Of a stretch of DNA of 64,000 nucleotides, positions 59,478 to 64,000 are shown one piece after another (the first letter of the stretch is position 1; each line of letters begins with the position of its first letter). This DNA is from Candidatus Bathyarchaeota archaeon. Lineage in GTDB: Archaea > Thermoproteota > Bathyarchaeia > TCS64. The DNA is taken from NCBI GenBank assembly GCA_963771885.1, contig CAVYVF010000023.1, positions 256,001 through 320,000 on the forward strand, given 5' to 3'. The position numbers were made by a program, and so were the translations under genes. A model generated the notes under the pieces. It ran no database searches. It was not told where the DNA came from and was given only the letters and a program-made list of their open reading frames with translations.

Positions 59478-61013
59478 ATGAATTCTAACCTGAAGAGTGA
59501 ATACGACCAACTCCTGTCGAAGGCGAAGGATCTCGCAATCATCCAGTCGACGACGGCGATAGTGAGCTGGGACATGGAGACCAAGATGCCTCCGAAGGCG
59601 CTCAACCTCCGCAGCCAGCAGATCGCCCAACTCGAGGTCATAGGGCACAAGATGCTCACAGACCCCGCCATCGGCAAGACAATAGAGGACATAGAGAAAG
59701 ACCCGGGATACTACGAGCTCGACAAGGCGCAGAAGAGAAACGTCTACCTCACCAAAAAGGCATACGACGAGTCAACGAAGCTCCCCGAGGAACTCGTCTT
59801 CGAAACGGCTAAGCAGCAGACCATCTCCGTGGGCGTCTGGAAGAAGGCCAAGGCGGCCAAGGACTACAAAATGTTCAAGCCGGAGTTGAAGAAGATGATA
59901 GAGCTCCGCATGAAGGCGGCGGATATACTCATGGGTGTTAAGGGTACGAAAACGCCCTACGATGCCTTGCTCGACATATTCGAGTCAAAGATGACCGCGG
60001 ATAAGACGACTAAGATCTTCGACGCCATGCGCGTCGGCCTCATGGGCATCATGAAGAAGGTGGAGAAATCAGGCGAAAAACCCGACACCTCGATGCTCCG
60101 TCGCCCCGTCCCCGTCGAGGTCCAGAAGAAGATCAGCGATGCCGCTATGGAGTTCATCGGCTACGACACGAAGAGCCCCAACGCAGGCGGTCGCCTCGAC
60201 GAGACGGAGCACCCCTTCACAACCGGCTACTACGACGACGTCCGCATTACCACGCACTACCATGAGGACAGGTGGCCCTCTAGCCTCTATAGCGTCCTCC
60301 ACGAGGGCGGCCACGCCATGTACGAGCAGGGACTCCCCCACGACTGGATGTACCAGCCCATCGGCAGCTCCGCGAGCTTCGGAATACACGAGAGCCAGAG
60401 CCGATTCGTCGAGAACATGGTAGGCCACAGCCCCGATTTCCTCAGCTACATGCTACCACGTCTAAAGAAGATCGTCGGTAAGCCTCTTAGGGGCGTCAAG
60501 CTCGCCGACTTCGTCACAGCCGTCAACGTCGTTGAGCCTAGCAAGATCAGAATAGAGGCCGACGAGGTCACCTACGGGCTCCACATCATAATCCGCTTCG
60601 AGATGGAGAGGGACATCTTCTCCGGCAAGCTCAAGGTCGATGAGCTGCCACACGCGTGGAATGAGAAGTACGACAAGTACCTCGGGGTTGAGATAGAAAA
60701 CGACTCGGAGGGCGTCATGCAGGATACCCACTGGGCGAGCGGCTACTACGGCTACTTCCCCAGCTACGCCTTGGGCAACATCTACGGCGGCATGTTCCTC
60801 AAGAAGCTAAAGAAGGACCAGCCGGCATGGAAGAAGGAACTCAAGAAGGGCAACTTCACCCCCGTTAAGAGCTGGATGATTGAGAACGTACACAGCAAGG
60901 GCAACCTCTACGACCCTGCCGACCTAGTCAAGGAGGTCACCGGCGAGAGCCTCACCGTGAAGCCCTTCATAGCCTACCTCGAGAAAAAGTACTCCAAGAT
61001 ATATGGCTTCTAA
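59478..61013 (+). CDS. M32 carboxypeptidase (Taq family)
   Basis: HPF, HEGGH, HESQS, IRIEAD and QDTHW motifs. Confidence 0.95.
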   Translation: MNSNLKSEYDQLLSKAKDLAIIQSTTAIVSWDMETKMPPKALNLRSQQIAQLEVIGHKMLTDPAIGKTIEDIEKDPGYYELDKAQKRNVYLTKKAYDESTKLPEELVFETAKQQTISVGVWKKAKAAKDYKMFKPELKKMIELRMKAADILMGVKGTKTPYDALLDIFESKMTADKTTKIFDAMRVGLMGIMKKVEKSGEKPDTSMLRRPVPVEVQKKISDAAMEFIGYDTKSPNAGGRLDETEHPFTTGYYDDVRITTHYHEDRWPSSLYSVLHEGGHAMYEQGLPHDWMYQPIGSSASFGIHESQSRFVENMVGHSPDFLSYMLPRLKKIVGKPLRGVKLADFVTAVNVVEPSKIRIEADEVTYGLHIIIRFEMERDIFSGKLKVDELPHAWNEKYDKYLGVEIENDSEGVMQDTHWASGYYGYFPSYALGNIYGGMFLKKLKKDQPAWKKELKKGNFTPVKSWMIENVHSKGNLYDPADLVKEVTGESLTVKPFIAYLEKKYSKIYGF

Positions 61014-61107
61014 CACACCAACCTTGATTCCGGATCCCGATTTTTATTAACTCGTGTTTTTACGATATTCGACTCAGATATAAGCCGCCGCGCCCCCTTT
61101 TTGTGCC

Positions 61108-62073
61108 GTGAGTGTCCCGGAGGAACTTCGCAATCGCTACTTGAGGCAGCGCTACAGACTGGTGGGCGGGCACAGCGCGGTCAAGACGTGCACGTGGCTC
61201 GCAAAGTCTCTGCGTTCCTCGGGGGCTGAGCACTGCTACAAGCAGAAGTTCTACGGTGTCCCCACGCACCGTTGCCTGCAGATGACGCCGGGCCTCGGCC
61301 ACTGCACGCAGAGCTGCGTCTTCTGCTGGCGCGCCACGCCGGAGACACTCGGCGTCAGCTGGGAGCAGACGCAGCCCATAAGCTATGGGGACGACCCAGA
61401 CGCGATAGTCGAAGGCGCAATCGCCGCCCACAAAAAGCTCATCTACGGCTGGGGAGGCAACGAGAAAGTAACCGAACAGTTCTCCAAGGAGGCCCTCAAC
61501 CCTGTGCATGCCGCCATAAGCCTCGAGGGGGAACCGACACTCTATGACAGACTCGGCGAACTCGTGGCGAGCTTCAAGGCCCACGGATTCCGAAGCGTCT
61601 TCATAGTCACTAACGGCACAAAGCCGGAGGCTCTAGCCAACCTTGGCACTGAGCCCAGCCAGCTCTATGTCAGCCTATGCGCTCCTGATGAGGAGACCTA
61701 TAACCGGACTTGCCGTCCTATGATCCCTGGCGCTTGGGGAAAGGTAATGGAGACCCTCGACATCCTCCAGAGCTTCAGGTGCCCCACCGTAATACGTCAG
61801 ACTCTCGTCCCTAAGCTCAATATGGGTAACATCCCCGGCTACGCCGAGCTCGTTCTCCGCGGTGAGCCCACCTACGTAGAACCTAAGGGGGCCATGAGCG
61901 TCGGCTTCGCCAGGAAGCGCTTCTCCTACGAGGAGATGGCGAGCTACAAACAGATCAAGGAATTCGCCGAGAACCTCAGCGCTCTCACAGGATACAACCA
62001 GATAGACGAGCAGTACGAGAGCAATATAGTGCTCCTCAGCCGCCTAACCAAACCGATAAACCTCTACGCCTAA
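61108..62073 (+). CDS. taw1: 4-demethylwyosine synthase Taw1/TYW1 (radical SAM)
   Basis: HSAVKTCTW, CYKQKFYG, CLQMTP and CTQSCVFCWR motifs. Confidence 0.93.
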   Translation: MSVPEELRNRYLRQRYRLVGGHSAVKTCTWLAKSLRSSGAEHCYKQKFYGVPTHRCLQMTPGLGHCTQSCVFCWRATPETLGVSWEQTQPISYGDDPDAIVEGAIAAHKKLIYGWGGNEKVTEQFSKEALNPVHAAISLEGEPTLYDRLGELVASFKAHGFRSVFIVTNGTKPEALANLGTEPSQLYVSLCAPDEETYNRTCRPMIPGAWGKVMETLDILQSFRCPTVIRQTLVPKLNMGNIPGYAELVLRGEPTYVEPKGAMSVGFARKRFSYEEMASYKQIKEFAENLSALTGYNQIDEQYESNIVLLSRLTKPINLYA

Positions 62074-62107
62074 AGGTTTTAAGCCCCCGCGAACTGTAGC
62101 CTCCCCA

Positions 62108-62587
62108 ATGATAGTAAAGATCGGAGTCAGAACCCTCAACGAGGACCTCGTCGCTTATAAAGAGCTTAAGCCAGATGAGAGCGAAGCCGAGGCATTCGCC
62201 AAGCTCAACGCCGAGGCACACGAGAAGGGCGTGAGGGTGAAGGACCCCACCATGGTCATCTACTACGACCCCAAGGAAGCGAACAGCTGCCGTAGGGAGG
62301 TCCTCGTACCCGTCGACCGCGACGCCCCGGGACTCAAGACCAAGAAACTAAATCCCCTTAGGGCCGGCTTCATAGTATACTCAGGCGTCAGCCACCCACC
62401 AGAGTACTACTACGATGAGCTGATGAATCACCTAAAAGCGAGGGGCCTAAAACCGGTTACGGGTAACTTCTGCAGTATGGAGGCAGTATACCAACCCGAC
62501 AACTTCAACCTCAGCTCCGGGAGCTTTGTCGACGAGGACAGCCAGGACACGTGGACGACGGAGATACTCGTCCCCGTCGAGGGCTAA
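62108..62587 (+). CDS. GyrI-like small-molecule-binding domain protein
   Basis: IYYD..., EVLVPV and C-terminal TEILVPV duplicated pattern. Confidence 0.65.
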   Translation: MIVKIGVRTLNEDLVAYKELKPDESEAEAFAKLNAEAHEKGVRVKDPTMVIYYDPKEANSCRREVLVPVDRDAPGLKTKKLNPLRAGFIVYSGVSHPPEYYYDELMNHLKARGLKPVTGNFCSMEAVYQPDNFNLSSGSFVDEDSQDTWTTEILVPVEG

Positions 62588-62621
62588 ACATTTTAACGGA
62601 GCTCCGCACCATCTGAGTCGA

Positions 62622-62696
62622 GCGACTGTAGTCTAGTGGTTAGGATTCTGGCCTTCCAAGCCAGTAACCCGGGTTCAAATCCCGGCGGTCGCACCA
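62622..62696 (+). tRNA. tRNA-Gly(TCC), CCA encoded, no intron
   Basis: gcgactg...ctggc-cttccaa-gccag...gggttcaaatccc...cggtcgcacca cloverleaf. Confidence 0.95.
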
Positions 62697-62967
62697 ACAC
62701 ACTGTAGTAATCACCCAAATACACATCGTAATTGTGGCAATCTTCAAACCACTCTCAGATAACAGCCAAGAGTTGGGTCGAGCAGAAAGAGCCCGTCAGA
62801 AGCATGATCAAGTAACCACCCATCCCCGAGATTCTCGGGTACCGCACGGCAAATGCTGATTTCCTTGGGTTCCTTACGAAGCCGGAGTCAAAGGGGGAGC
62901 TCACCTACTATACCCTAACAAAGTTAACTGAAATCCTCGAATTCAATCTAAGAAGGAAAGACTCTAG

Positions 62968-64000
62968 TTACTTGCCGCTGACCTTGACGGATATCCTTTC
63001 TTCGTCGAACGTATATGGGTAGCCCGCTTTGTTCAACTCGGCGCATGCCAGCTTCAGCCAGTCCCCAAAGGAGCCCTTCATCATATTATCCGGGTCGAAG
63101 AGCACCGGGTCAACGTTGTACCGCGATTTGGATATCTGGCAGAGTATGTTCTTGGATGCCCAATAGTCAAGGGCGATGGGGTCGATACCCGCGGCGAGGA
63201 TACCCGCCTGGGTCGCGCCTTCGAATGGGGTCTTGGGGCCGGTGCCCGGCTTCGCGTTGACGCGTATGGCGTCAATGACACTCAGAGTTGGTACGCGTGT
63301 CTCCGCCATAAGAGTGCCCATGCCCCCCTTGCCAACTGACGCGTGCGGTCGGTGCCCGCGGGCGGCTGAGAGCTTGTCGCTTGGGATGCCCATGTAGTGC
63401 TTCACAGCCCCAGTCACGCCGTATATGAAGTGCGACTTGAGGACGGGGACATTAATCACCTTGAGGCGTTCAGCGTCATATCTTTTCGCTGCCGGGTCCC
63501 AGACCCCCCTCTTGAAGCTGACGAATGAGCCGTGTAGTGTCCTGAACTTTGGGTAACTAGTGAGCATCCCAGTGATGGGATCCGCCCGCTCCGCGACGAC
63601 GTAGCCGTCGTTCGCATCCCCCTCCGAGTACTCGCCTACAAGCGTCTCCGTAATCTCGTCCCAGAGATACGTCGAGACCTTTCCAAACCCGCCGAGGGAG
63701 TCGGCGGCCTTTTGTGTCGACTGGGACCTGTCCTCGGCGTTGTTGACCTCGTAGTCGAAGCTGCCACCGTGACCCGTGCTACCATACTGTGCCTGACCGT
63801 TGTCAGCAACGACGACCTCCCCGGTGAAGCCCTCGGGGTGAGCGAGGACAGCAGCGGCGACAGCCTTGACGAGATCGGTGTTGGTCATGCCGCACTCGTC
63901 CCACTGGCTGTTGACCTTGACGATGACGACGTCGTTCTTGGCGATCAGTCCCTTAGGGCCCTGCAGAAGCCCCTTCGCCTTCGACCTGTAGAAAGCAAGG
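62968..64000 (-). CDS. DUF362 domain protein (5'-partial)
   Basis: IVKVN, TNTD, VINVPVLKSH..GVTGAVK and DPIALD motifs; the frame runs off the window end. Confidence 0.8.
   Translation of the reverse strand, partial: LAFYRSKAKGLLQGPKGLIAKNDVVIVKVNSQWDECGMTNTDLVKAVAAAVLAHPEGFTGEVVVADNGQAQYGSTGHGGSFDYEVNNAEDRSQSTQKAADSLGGFGKVSTYLWDEITETLVGEYSEGDANDGYVVAERADPITGMLTSYPKFRTLHGSFVSFKRGVWDPAAKRYDAERLKVINVPVLKSHFIYGVTGAVKHYMGIPSDKLSAARGHRPHASVGKGGMGTLMAETRVPTLSVIDAIRVNAKPGTGPKTPFEGATQAGILAAGIDPIALDYWASKNILCQISKSRYNVDPVLFDPDNMMKGSFGDWLKLACAELNKAGYPYTFDEERISVKVSGK

Noticed and set aside
62697..62967. Integration site or gene remnant after tRNA-Gly
   Set aside because: No integrase or duplicated tRNA 3' end in the window, and the fragment is too short to assign.
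1..64000. CRISPR arrays, rRNA genes, IS elements
   Set aside because: No regularly spaced repeats, rRNA signatures or transposase ORFs were seen.

Overview
Archaeal chromosomal segment of about 55 genes. It is most likely Bathyarchaeia or a related PolD-containing TACK lineage, inferred from the joint presence of PolD DP1/DP2, Elf1, GGGP synthase, Sec61beta/SecG, multi-OB RPA, Taw1 and translin. Two AT-richer accessory blocks (about 1-2.7 kb and 10.3-19.8 kb) encode surface proteins, zinc-ribbon/PH-like membrane proteins and an SPFH operon. The rest holds peptide/amino-acid catabolic hydrolases, a core DP1-hypF-nadE-elf1-GGGPS-DP2-secG block, a pstSCAB-phoU operon, cysS, trpS, tRNA-Pro(CGG) and tRNA-Gly(TCC). 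The most striking unexplained signal is a cluster of four perfect GTGATATCAC palindromes plus degenerate copies at 32.9-34.9 kb. They overlap coding sequence in an AT-rich trough between the two PolD genes, next to a membrane-anchored coiled-coil winged-helix protein and a second HTH-like protein, and could be a centromere-, origin- or membrane-tethering system. At least six genes, including DP2, are broken by single extra bases, probably sequencing or assembly errors. No CRISPR, rRNA, integrase or transposase was seen.
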